Assembly: GCA_000934665.2 (NCBI GenBank)
Contig: KZ538011.1
Coordinates: 1-64,000, forward strand
Origin: Catajapyx aquilonaris
Taxonomy: Eukaryota
Length of the DNA stretch: 64,000 nt
Reading direction: 5' to 3'
The first letter of the stretch is position 1; every line of letters begins with the position of its first letter. Below the pieces are notes generated by a model that had not been told where the DNA came from, did no database searches, and saw only the letters and a list, made by a program, of their open reading frames with translations. Both the position numbers and the translations under genes were made by a program. Positions 32,115 through 45,600 of the stretch are shown piece after piece.

Positions 32115-35100
32115 TATGTCAGCACTGATTATTAATATTAATTAAACAGAAATTAATTTCCAGTGCGTCTTTTTCCAGCTTCCAAGCGCGATGGTATCGC
32201 CTTTGCTACCGGTATCCTCTAAGGTATTGATCCGGGAATGCTACGGAGCATCGTCCATCTTCAGATTTTCCATTCTGATTAGAAGTGATCAATATTCAAG
32301 GGAAAACGGGAAAAGGCCCAGGTGGATTTTGTGTGCAGACCGGCTCAGCCAGGCTCAGGTGTGCGGCTTGCTTCGGATAATTGTAGATTGGCACAGAGAG
32401 AAATTGAAGAGAAAAAAAATGGTGAGGTTCAAATGGGTGAGTATTACCGTATTCGATTGGTTACGGTAGTTGGAAACATGGCGGACTATTTGTGGCACGG
32501 AATTATTTATTTTGGGTGCACCTCAAAGTATGCCCAAGTATGACTCGTAAATAAACAGCACATTATTTTGGCAGTGAGAATAGGAAAGCATGAATTTGGA
32601 CACGTGAACTTTACTTTGAGTGGCCAAAAGTGAACTCTTGAGTATCAGTTGAAAAAATAATAATAATTATAGTGTTACTTAGTGCTGACTTAGTCGATTT
32701 GAAATTTAAAATTGCTGACTCATTCACACGCAATTAATTTCTGTAATTGATCGGCACTTTTTCTTCTACTATGAGGAATAATTGCATGGTATAATTGGAT
32801 GGTGTTATGCAAGTTTTGAGAAAAATGGCTTTGAAGGTCATACCTGTGAAATTTAATTCAGTGTTATTTATGGCAGAAGTATATGCAGATTTCACCACCG
32901 CGATTTTAACTGAATGAAGTAGGATGTTCATGGGCTCAGCTCTCAGATTTGACATTTTTTGTGAGTTGACCTATTATTGCATAACACCGTCCAATTATGA
33001 CGTTTTTTTCTGGAAGTCTTTATTTTCAAATATTGATTTGAGTAGTTTCATAATCTGGATAAATGAAAGAGTTGCAAAGAATAATGTGTGTGATTGATTT
33101 TGAAAAAAAATAATATTTGTAAGCGATTGTTAGTAGCCTATAATTAAAAGCTGATATTATTAACATCTCATTGCCGTCCTGCGCGGTTTTCTTGATTATC
33201 TTGAAATGGTTGAAAGTGAATTTTCCTGTCCATATTTTCTTGTTAGCTGCTAATGTTAATTTAATTAGTGCAATAAAACTAGTGACTCCACTATGTCCAT
33301 AAGGACGAATAGACCCAACCCGAAGGTTTATAAAGGCTTCCCTTTCGAATCATCGATTTAAAAAAAAGAAAAGAGGCGAAGAAGTCCTCACGTTATGCAA
33401 CATGTGCAATCAACTCAAGCTAGAAAGAAGCGATTTTCGTCATGCAAAATTCATCAGAGGTGAATTTTTTGCCCTTCAACTAAAATTATTATTAGTTATA
33501 TTAATAATGACACAGCTATGACATTTGTTGTGAACTGCTGCTATTGTAGTAGACATATTGAAAAATGGCCTCTGACAGTTTCAGCACTAATTATTTTTCA
33601 TAATGTCGATTAAATTGCAGCATAATGGGATTTCATCTTGTTTCTAAAGTTAGCAGCAGTTGCTAAGCGGCCAGGTTACTTGTTGATAGCAGCACTACTA
33701 TAGCAGAAAGGACGATATAAATCTGTCCCATTATGCAACAAGATGCAGTCAGGAAATATTGCAGCACCTTCTGTGAACTAATTTAAAAAGCAAGGGTTGC
33801 CGAATGCAATGAGTAATTGCTGTTACTCTTTATAGTAGTAGGAATTGGCAACTAATTAGTCACGGACTAATTACGCAATCCATGTCAGCGACCTCGTTTC
33901 GTGGCTGGTTCCAATGCGATTTGTTGTCCTTGCTGACCGCAGTGCCCCCCTTCAACTAAATCGATATTATAAACTCCCCCCTTCTTTTTTATTCCAACCC
34001 NCCCCCCAAACAACTCCCCAAGCTTCTTCGCCTATGTAGGACTCGTGTTAAGTCCCAAGTCGGCACGAATCGGAGATTTGCATGCCTGGTGTAAATTTTC
34101 CAGTCCAGTTGGGTGCGGCAGGTGCTGGGGGGGTGATACGTCACCCCATTGATTTAGTCATGAGACTTTCTATGATGACTGTGATGTCTATGCACGCGAA
34201 TTTATACGCGAAATTGGGTTTTGATAGCAGTCGTCTTTTTTTTGGGCTGTGTACAGAGCCTTGCACAAACACACAGCGTTTGGTCCTGGGTAAGTTTACC
34301 AGATTTTTTTCCTCTCTTTCTCTCCCTCCGGGTTATATGATAGGGGGTGCAATTTGGAACCACGCCTGTTTCCGGGAAACTGGTCAAAGGGCACGGTGCA
34401 TGAGACCCCTGTGATTATAATGCGGGGCCATTAATTTAATTATGTGATTAAGTCCACGCTTGGGTTGGGGGGGATATTACTAATACACGTACTGTAGGCT
34501 ATAGACACTATCCGATAATGTCTGGAGGCATATAAGGTACGTGTTATTATTTATTTTAAGATACCGCGCGGTGTAAATATGCGGCGTCTATTTTTAGCCG
34601 GCCAGCCCCTGTAATTTTGCAGGTGACGTACATCATTTTACATGCATTACGTCGATGGGTGTTTTTCTATAGAAAACGAGCGCTATCTATCCTACTTTAT
34701 ACGTTATGTGCAGCACTGCTGACATGTCTATCAAGTTTAAATTTATGGCAGCCATTATGAGGTTGAAATGGCACTAGGTAGGCCTTTGAATGTCATAGTG
34801 AAAGATCAGAGAATGCTGGTTTATTGCCTGGTTTTCGCTCCTGCACTTCTGCTACGAGTGTAGGTCAATTTTCTTTACATCTGGGGAGTAGGACAAGTGG
34901 AAATCCGTACAAAATGACGACAAATGTCTTACAGGTCGTTCAAATATTTCTTCAGAGAAAAGCTGCAGAAATGACGGTTATTTCCTGCTGGATGGTGTGA
35001 AGGTTTAACCAGTCAATTTATGAACTTATTAATTTGTGGTACTTTTATTCTTATGACACTTACACTGTCCGGTACAGTATATAAATAATACGATATGGTT

Positions 35101-38100
35101 TGTTGCAAAAAGACGTGCCAGTGTTATTATTAGCTTGAAATTGTTTGTTATTGAGCCGTTATTATCAAACTGTTACATTTGGCAGTTACGAAAATATAAA
35201 CTACTATAATATTACGTAAAATTGAACCATCGTTCAGAAAATCTTTAGGAGAGTTTACCCTGAAAAGGAAACTCTGTTGGAAAGTAACCACTCGTAAGGA
35301 ACTTATTAAAAGTAGTGTGACAATATTAATAAAAATGAAGTTGACACCTGAACGGAAATGTTATTGTAACACTGTACAGGATGTTGCATTTTATAAATTT
35401 TAAATAATTATAATATTATTAGCGTTTTTGCAAATTAATTTTATGCACTGTTATGTAAATTATGTGCCAAGATACCTATTTGCGTTCTTGTTACAGTGGC
35501 ATTTAGGTGCAATTCGAGATCTTGTTCTGCGAAGAAGTAGTTTTTTAAAGAACAAGATACACTCTCTTTCTGTGTGAAATAAGAGATGAGAATGCCTTTT
35601 GTACTCTGATACTGGTCCAGGAACTGGTTTTTAAAAAAGACACCAACCGTATATAATGTCACTGTATGCCTTCAGAATAGCACAACTGTAGGATCCCAGA
35701 ATCAATATGTCTTTTTGCTGTCGCTTTTTATTTCGCAGACGCTACAAAGGCCGACTTTTGAGCTATGAAAAGCCCAAAACACTTGTAAAAAGAGAGTGAC
35801 ATCTTACTGCTAGGAGAACGACTTCGGGCTCATACACAGTATACAGTGAGTGCATGTTACGAAAGAGCTGTTGGTATATGGACGTGTTAAGTCAGATAAT
35901 TGCATGTCACACCTGCACACAAAGGGTACTCGGTGTGTGTGCATGTTGCACGTCCCACACTGTGTCCAACACGCATCCAGATTTGATATTATTAGTGACA
36001 CACAATATTGATGGGCCATTGTTCGACCTGCAACTGTGTAATGCATCGCCGAGAATTTAATTACCGGACGTCGCTCCACTATCGCTGTATCTACCTGTCT
36101 TAGATAACAATCGACCTGCCGTTTGAACCCGTCTGGTTCACCGCAGGATTTTTACAGCCAACCTGTCACCTACTTTGCGACCGGAGTGAAAATTTGTCAA
36201 TGCCCCCATTTCCCACCCAAGAGTCGCCCCTAATACCTCCCAAAAAATTGCATATATATACAACTGCAAGTTAGTGTCGTGACCTAAGGCGCCCCTTTTT
36301 GAGAAAAAGAGGTCCGTGTTTATCACCCTTCAAAAAGCACTCATGCAACGCAATTCCGTGTGATCGGTCCAACACGCCATTAGTACATACCACGGATTTT
36401 GTATATACCTATAAAAGTGTGCTCTGGGCTTTTGCTCATCCATCCATGTTCGTTATTATTATTGCCCTTTGCAGGAAGCAATCTTGAGGTAGTTTTAGCT
36501 GGTAGATTATCAGTTTCTATTAAGGGCTGGCTTTTTTCTCTCTTTCTTTTTCACGTGAGTTGTACGAGAAGTAGAGTGTGCTGCGGACTGTGGCTTTTTT
36601 ACATGACATCGCCCTTGTCTCAAAATAACTGACGTGCAGCCTTATCGCTCCTGGCAGTGATGAATCAAGGTCTGACTAAGAGCCTTCAGAGAGATGATGG
36701 TATATGTATATGCGAAAGACGTGGTCTTACAATCCGATGGACGATTAAGCCCCGAGGCTTGCTTGCTGGGATTCCGAGCGATCAAGTCGTTTTTCGAGTT
36801 CAAGGGCTTGCACGACGAGGGGCTATTGGGTCATGGACACTGCCTTTAATTCATTTACCAGCATTTAATGACGTGCACGCGGCTCTACTTTATAAGAATG
36901 AAAAATGTACGCACGTAATACCTGTCCATGTTGCAAAAAAAAATGAATTGTTCTTGAAACCTAATGATATGGACATTTTTTAAAAAAATACCGGAGAGGA
37001 TCAACTAAAATGCAGCTTGGAAATAGAAATAGCACAGGTTTCCATGGCTGCAGAATCATATAAACAGGAAATATCTCCCTATAGTTGATCTATGGCAACC
37101 GCGAGTTGCTTCTCTGACATCTGTGCTTTTCCAAGAACCATTTCTCATGTAGGTGGATTATTAAGTTCGAAATTACATTGAGTTGGTTTTCTATAGGTCT
37201 ATTTGTCGACTTGAAAGAGCACCTAATGCTTTTGAGCGATATTAATTTGCTAAGCATCCGAATTAATTCGACGTACAAAATTAATATCCTAATTAATAGC
37301 TCAAGTTATAGACAATTTTAGCTCATATTCCCAGCCCGGATTGCGAGTAGAAGAAAGCCACTAGAACTAATTTATCTGGCACAGCAAATGCAAACATTTC
37401 TGTTACACGCTATAGGTCCTGGTAAATGCGTCAGTCTGAAGTATCTTACCACTTAATATTGGAGTAATTAAGCCACGGCTTTCGTTAGCACCTGCCACCT
37501 AAGTAGGTCGCCATTGAAATGCAAAGCAAGAGAACACTTTATTCTGAGGACAATGTAGTCCGGAGAAATCCAATATTTCACTCAGATGCATTGGACGCCA
37601 TTGTAACTCCATATTTCTCCTTGCTGGAAACACGTGCCTCTCTCTCTCTATATAGCGCCCAGGGAACTTCCAACATGCAAACTTGGCATCAGCGTGGACA
37701 CTGTAACATTAAAGGGTGAGGTATGGAATCGAAAGTGTGGCCTTTAAAAGAAGAATTGCCTTGGAGCAGAGATTGAGAATATAGATACAGGTTTCACACA
37801 GCATGAGGTTACTTGCCCTTTTGGGAAACTCTGCCGTTCTCTAAATATTTGAATCCGCCCTTAGGTGGCACACTTCACTTAAAGGTGAGCGGAATTCAGA
37901 GTTTATTTTGCGGAGAACTAACCAGAAAGGATAATATTGCGACTGTGGATTCCTACAAAGTGTTCGCTAAACATTTTAGTTCAACTGTACTTGGTAGTAC
38001 AATTTTTAGGTCTGTACAGTATAGATGAGAGTCGACGTACTGTACATGCCTGAAAGTGTAGTGCTTCATTTTGTCACTTCCTCGGGAATTATTATTTTTT

Positions 38101-38748
38101 GCTCGAATTAATTGCTTAATTTCTCCAACTCCAAGAGCGAGAAAAAAAAAAGTCTGGACAGTCTAAAAATAACTGGAAAATGTAGTCTGGAAATTGTTGG
38201 AACATCTCTAACCGGCTTAAAGCAACGTTTCGCGGAGATTGCGAACAAGGAGCCAGTAATTCACTGGCGGATTATAATTTCGCGCATGCTATATTCCAGT
38301 TTCCTGACCCATTACATCCGCGTCTGACTGCTTTCAACTCAACTCGAATTCAGGCGCCGACTGCCCGTATTCCCACAAGTTTGCAAGAGATTTCCTATCG
38401 ATTTAGTTACTTGGAATTTTCCTCTGGAGCGACCTTTTTTTATTATTATTTCCGCCCTTTTGGCCTACCCACCCACCCCCTTTCGTCTCTGACTAGGTTT
38501 TCATGGTGTTTGCTATTTTGGTCAATGCTGCAGCTATCAAATCGCTTCCCGGCACATGTTGCATCGTATAAGTTTATGGCGGATCGTATATTTTTTAATG
38601 CGGATGGAAATAAGTGTCACATGATTTGGTCGGATTTTCTCGTTACGCCGAGCACCGATGCAACATGACGTGCCGCTGGCCACAATCGCAGTGAGTGCAC
38701 CGCAATGTTAATGAGGCAGTCAGTGTGGGTTGTATTTTTGGTGGGGTC

Positions 38749-38751
<3 letters not shown>

Positions 38752-38790
<39 letters not shown>
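38752..38790. repeat. (GA)n microsatellite
   Basis: About 19 GA units. Confidence 0.97.
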
Positions 38791-38794
<4 letters not shown>

Positions 38795-41700
38795 TCATCC
38801 AATGGCACCGGATGTGTTTATTTGAGAGCAGTAATGAAGCGGTGGTTAATCGGGTTGCACATTTCAATACGGGAAGTGAAAGTCATCCTAACCATATTAG
38901 TAGGAAATTGATATTTAACCTGCACTGCCGCAAATCAAATGTTGCCAGAACAAAACTTAAGTCATTATAAATATGTTATTATGTGGCCCACAAAACGAAA
39001 TGAAAATCAGCAATGTACAGGAGAGAGTTTAAAAAAATGATTTGTTTATGTGAAAATGCCTGCGGTATCGTTGGTGTTTACCAAAAGGTCTGTTCCAATA
39101 CTGATTATACCGTGGCACTGACACTAATGAGCGCGTTAATTATAACACAAACACAAACGATAACAACAACAGGTAAATAAATATATTTTTTCGCAGTTGG
39201 ATAATGCATTCTAAATCAATAACGCCGACATTTTTATATTGAATGTTGTGTGTAATATTTTATTTGTTTTCTATAGAAATTGAAAAATCGCGTTTATGTA
39301 CAATATTTCAGTGCAAGGTGCAATATTGGTAGATTATATTATCTTACATAGATTCATAAAATATAAATATCACATGGAGCCTCCCTATAGGGCTCACAAC
39401 CAACAATTTAGCTAGAAGAAAAATATTAATTCGTATAATGTTCAGCAGGTTTCCATGTAGGACTTGCCCTTTCCGTTAAAATTAAGATATACTTAAATTG
39501 GCATAGTTGGAGAGTGGTTTGCGGAAACATGAAACTCTTAGTATATAGTCTACTGGCAACTGTTTTTCAGACAAGCCTCAGCAACAACCGCCACCAAAGT
39601 TATCGAGTATTACGGTGAACCAGTCTCTTTTAATATTCGCAGGGAAACCTTTTGGAAACAAGGCTTGATTATTATAAGAGGGAGAAAAAAAATGATCGCC
39701 TTTGTGAGATATACAGCCTTTGATCAAATTGCACCAGTTGCGGCAAAGTTGTGATTATTACGGAGGAAAAGTAAGGCGAGAGTACTTCCATATTAATTAA
39801 TGGTGATTAAATTACTACCCACCCGCCTACAGCACTATGGACAGGTACTGCAGCAAGCCCTGTCTGATATCAATGTCTTTTATATAGTGTTCATTTTGCA
39901 AACGCAGCAGGTTGTACATGTTATACTTTCTGCAACAGAACTGTGTGAATGCGCGAATTACACTGCATTTAAAAAGGCGCTTGAAGCAAATTACACTGTG
40001 TAATCGGCACGTCATAAATGATTGGGTCTCAATACACTAAGCCGATTTGGACAAAGCCTGAGATTTTTGTCACTCGAGAGACTGATTGCAGGCACCCCCA
40101 ATTTGGCATAGTAATTCCCTCTGAATGGATTCAGCACGATGCGAAATTGAATGTTTCGAGCGGCTTTTTGACTAATAAGCCGATTCTGCTCTCACTCTTA
40201 ATACACGTTGTGACATGAAAGCTGCTAATTATTTATTCACAGCCGATATGAATGATTATTTTGAAAATGTGCTATCCAAAGTCATTATTTTGTTGCTGCA
40301 TTCCCAATCATATTCCAATTGAAGTTTTTGTTTCTTCTCTAGCGTTTTAACTAATTTTTTCGGTCATGTTCCATCAGATAATATTGTTGATAACTCCTAA
40401 CAGTAATAAGCAGCGTACGGATTAGTGCGTAAAAATCGCCAACTGGACCGGACATCCTCCGCATGAAACGCTCTCTGTAATTACCGATGCTAATTTAAGC
40501 ACCAAAAATACGTAAACATGCTACTACACCCCCAAAAAAAGAATCCGCTCGTCCTGCGCAACACGCAATTAATCAAACCCAATTTTGGAACGTTGCATTA
40601 TTTTTTGCGAGTTATTTTTAAAACCCGGTGAAAAATTATGATCCCCCGGTTATGCAAGGTTAGAAGGGCGGTGTATTTCCGCTGCAAACTTCCTGACACA
40701 AGACGGTCCTCGGAAGTACGTAAGACTTTACGAGACAGCTACTGCACCCCTGAGAGCGTGAGTTGCGAGACGTTGAGATATACATCACCCCGTCGTCTTC
40801 CGGTTTGTGACGACGCTGAAATGAGCTGCGGGCCATCTCAGCATGTGGCCCATTACGTGGCCTTTTATTTTTTGGGGGGCGTCTTTAAAAAAAAAATTAA
40901 AGGTGGGGTTTTTTAGTAAAGGTTGGGGAGGCGGACAGGTGTAAGGGTCCGCCGCAGTGGTTGATTTTCTAGACGGTGCCGGGCAGAGCCAACAAGATTA
41001 GCCCAATCGGGTGTCTAGGGCGTATACACCCCCCTCTATAGACCCCCCGCCAAACCGACCCCCGAAAAAAGCAAAAAGGGGGGTAGTGGGGCCAAGGATA
41101 GAGCATCAACGTCACCTGTGCCAGGCACCTGTGTCCCTTCCCATCAAGCTTGTGTGCTTCCCTCCATATATTTTGTGTGTTGCTGCTTTTGCATGTGTGG
41201 ATCTCGTGTGAGGTTGTCGGTACGTATCTGTTATGCGGGCATTTTGCTGTTTGGGGGAGTTGTTAATTTTTTTTTGTACAAATTTTCAGGGTCGAGTTTG
41301 CATGCTGCATATCGCTGTTAGGACGAGATATTTTTCATTCTTGTCCACTGCGTATGTGGAACAGGAAGAGGTGACCCAAATCAGGTGACATGTGACCCAA
41401 AACGTGCTGAGTCGGACCCGGGTAAACGAGGTTATGTAAACAGAAACGGACGCCCCAGATTAGATAATCCAGCATGGTTGGATTAATGGATTGTCTAAGA
41501 TAAACTAGCTCTAAAACCGAGAGTGGACACAAAATTTTCGATCTGGATAAAAAACTGGGCACGTTGAGTTTGCTGATCCCTACTGATTTTTTAAAGGGGT
41601 GTGCATTAATCCATCTCCGAGGGGTTTAATAGCGAATCCTTGTGTATATTCTTGGGGCCCATGTCCTGGACCGACCCTTTTAACACGTGTCATTTTATCA

Positions 41701-42653
41701 GCTGCCTGCAGCTGACACATTTTTGATGGGCTTCAGATGGATGCCATCATGACTATTTTGTGACTTGGAACTGATGGAAAACTTGTGTCGTAATATTTTG
41801 TACATAGAGTACCTACTGAATTATTAATTACGTTGTCATAATTTTGGCACTGTAAGATCTGGTTGTGTCAACAAGTCTAGTGAAAATGTATTTTGAATAC
41901 TTTTTTGTATAATCAGAGATTTCCGGCCAATATTTTCGTTCATATAAACAGTCCCAGACAGTCCTTTGGTAATTAGTCATTTTCTAAACGCTACTGTTAG
42001 GCATGGAAAAAAAGTTTACAATAATGGGAGGACTGAAAGCATCTATTCAAGCATGGAATTTAATTATTAATTATTAATTTATTATCCACTTTGTGCTTTT
42101 CCCTCACGAGAAAATTTATATTTCAGTATTTCACGCAACAAAATTGACGGTTTTACCAAAAATTTAATTATGCACGTAATGATTGTTAAAATGCGCAGTA
42201 GTATATGCCGTATACTGTACCTAATTGAATTACAGAGTGCACTATACCCACAGCGTATTTAAACAAAAAGTATTTCAGTGTAGGCATTAGTCAAACCTCA
42301 TTGAACTAGTTTACATCAAAGACCGTAAGTTGAACCCCAATTTTTAATTCAACAAGGTCAACAAGGATGCGTAAATTCTATATGACTGACAATTGTCTTA
42401 TAGTAGTAGTCTAACTGTTCGGAAGCACACACCTTTTAAGCAGCGCTGTACCAATATTGCTTTACTCTAATGGGACAATTCAGTAGTAACCTGTTGTTTA
42501 CTTCCAAGCTGCATTGTCAGCAACGCCTTTAGAAGCAATAACAACAATGCACGTTTCTTCCTGCCAGAAATGGTGACCCCGGGGCAGCCTTAGCAGCGAA
42601 ATGGCAATGGTGACCACAACTCGCTCCTGGACTGCCGGTCAGTAGCGCACAAT

Positions 42654-45600
42654 ATGGACGAGAGCTGGGAAAATGAAACGGATCTGGACAAAGAAGAGGA
42701 AGAAGAAGCGGCTGCCATCGAGGATGAGGATGAGGAATTGTCCAGGAGGAAGAAGACGCAGGTCATCCACGATCTGGTGGCCGAAGACTACCGGAAGATC
42801 CGCCGGGACAAGGTGCTGGCTCCCGATCGAGCCATCAACACAGAGTGTGTTCAGTTCTTCCAAGAGTGCCTTAGGTGTTACAAGCAGTCGGAGGCCATCC
42901 TCCGGAAGCTGCAGTGCGTGCTGCAGGACCTCAGCGGATCCCAGCTGGAATCCGTTTTGGTCGAGTGCAAATACTTCCTGGTCAGCTCCAGCGAGATGGA
43001 CCATCGCTTCAGTGTCCTCTCAGCCTTCAAGAAGGATTTCAAGATCGTGCTGTACTTCAAGGCGCAGCATGTCAAAAACAAGATGGATCAGAACTCGGTA
43101 TCGATCCTGTACCTGGTGCAGAGGATAGCCCAAGGCGAACTGGGAAGACTGGCCAGGCACGAGGTGGTCAGCGAGATGGCCCTTAAGCTGCTTGACCTCC
43201 ACAAGAAAGCGCTGGAGGAAAGGTCGCTGTTTCCGACCAACACTGCTTACTGGATCATGACCCGTGCTGCACACCCCAGGCCGGTACAAAGGCTATCCTT
43301 GCTCAAAAACAACACCAGCCCCACGCTTGGGTTCGTCCTCAAGCAGACCTCGGCCACTAAGCTGCTCCAGACCCTGGCCAAGGAGAGGAGCCGGAAAGCT
43401 GCCATCCAACTGCTGGAAGTGGTCACTAATGCGGTGGACACCAGCAGTTTCACCGAGAACGGAAGGAAGAAGCCGGCTCTGACTGCCATCGAGGTGGTTG
43501 ACCCCCTCAGATCCTCGGAAATCAAAGTTGACCTCACCAGAGGGGACCATGTGCTGACCGCTGAAAACCGGTTTTTGGACAACCTTCTGGCCTCCTTATC
43601 GCAGGTTCCGACCTTGTTGGGGAAAGGGGCGGTCAAGAGGTTAAAAACGGGGGAGCTGAAGGTGACCAAGAATGCCAGCGCCAAGATCGCGGGGTACTAC
43701 CACGAAGCCCTGGGTCAAGAGGTCGGGGACATTGTGGACGACGCGATCTTGTGGGACAGACACATTTTGCCGTCCGGGTTTCCTTTAAGTTTGGTTCCGC
43801 CCAGTGCGTGCCTGTCATTCCGAAACGGACTTCGGAAAGTGTTGGAGGTGAAAGAGGCCATACCTCCCATGATGATGCCACCTCTTCACTCGTTGTTGTC
43901 CGGACTAGTGAACCACGTGATAGTGACTTCTTGGGACGTCAGATTTATTCGGATACTCATGTTCACTTCTAATCCTAACCCTCGTGGACATACCCGGGAG
44001 TGCTTTGTGGACACTTTGGAGGAACTGGTGGTGCTGTTAAACGACTTGTGCGGTGTCGGTGCTCGTGAGTTGGGCGAGGGAGTGCAATCCGAGGAGATGC
44101 AGCTTCTGGGCAGACTGGACGCCACGCTGACCTTGCTGACCAGGTGGACCAGGCAGCACAGCCAGCAGTGTTTGAACAGGTGGCAAGTGCAGCCGTTCTT
44201 CACCCTGTCACAAAAGGACACCAGCAGGGCCATTGAACTCATGAATCGGTTGCAGGTAAACCGCACTTTGTTGCATACAATTCCATGGGGTCATTACAGT
44301 ATAGCTAAAAGCTAACAGGAAAACTGAACCCGGTCTAGACCCGGTTCTTGGAGTCAGAATAACACGAATTTTAAAATGTAATGTTACACTCAAAAACGTG
44401 CGCCTCTTTAGTATACAAAAGGATGTCTAGCTTTCAGAGTGAATTTTCACAGAAACAATGATTTAAGATTGATTGGCAATCGGTGGCTTTTAATTAATTT
44501 TGCGCAGCAATAAAGTTATCCTGACTCTTAAGGGCAACCCATTCGCCTCTCTTGCACAACGGGTGGCGTGAATTCCAGGATGAACCCGCCAGAGGACAAA
44601 ATTGGCTAAGAATTAGGGGTAGGTCCTGTATATTTTTTTAGCTGCCAAAATATTGCGGCACTATCAGTGATACTGTAGGATTATAGCAATTAGTTCTAGC
44701 TCGAGGTACACCCATTAAGTAGCTTTGATGTTGAATAATCTGGCAATATGTAAGTTATCCAGGACCATTCCCTCGGGGGTCCCCTTTATTGGTGTTTGAA
44801 CCACGCCAGCTGTCACATTAGAACAAGTCCGGACTAACTATGGTACTTAAGCACGTTGTAGATCAATGGATTAAAGTTTCAAACAATAGCACATATTACA
44901 GTACCTTGCGACTGTATGATAAGCGATAACTAACATTACATGGATTTATTGTTCTTATATAATATTCATAGTCGGAAAAGAAAGTTACGAATGACTACGT
45001 TGAGCATATTTTCTTATGCATGACATAATTATATCGACGAATATTTGCCTCTACTTAGTTTTCTCGAATATTTTTAGCAACATAGCTTTGTGTTTAAAAT
45101 ACACGCTAACAGCTAGAGGGAATGGATTAATTTGCTTTCACAATTAACAATGAGAAGAGGATGAGATAATAAGGGAATGATATATTATCTTAGCTTTCTG
45201 ATAAAACCTATAGTGGCACTGCATGACAATAAATTAAGGGATCTAATGGAGAAGAGACGTTTTGTGTGCGGGGGGGGGGGGACGGAGATTGTGGCAATGT
45301 CGAATTGCCACAGTTCAGCGGTCTCTTTGAATATCCTCTATTCTGAGCTTAACCACTCTCTTTGTCTGACGCCATTTCTAGTTTGAATCCCTTTTTTTGT
45401 CATCTGGTTCTCGCAGCTGCCTCAATTACTTCAGCTTAATGATGCTGGATTTTTTTTTTTTTTGGTTTGTTATGCTGGAATTTGTTTTTTTGTTTTGTTT
45501 GTTATGCCATGAAACCTTTTTTTCGTGATTTTGTCCCTACCACCAGCTGCGTACTTAATTTACCCCCAAGACTTGCCGTATGTTGCGGAATTTATTGTAT

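Noticed and set aside
38617..38970. ER/SL-repeat ORFs
   Set aside because: They are translations of the (GA)n microsatellite.
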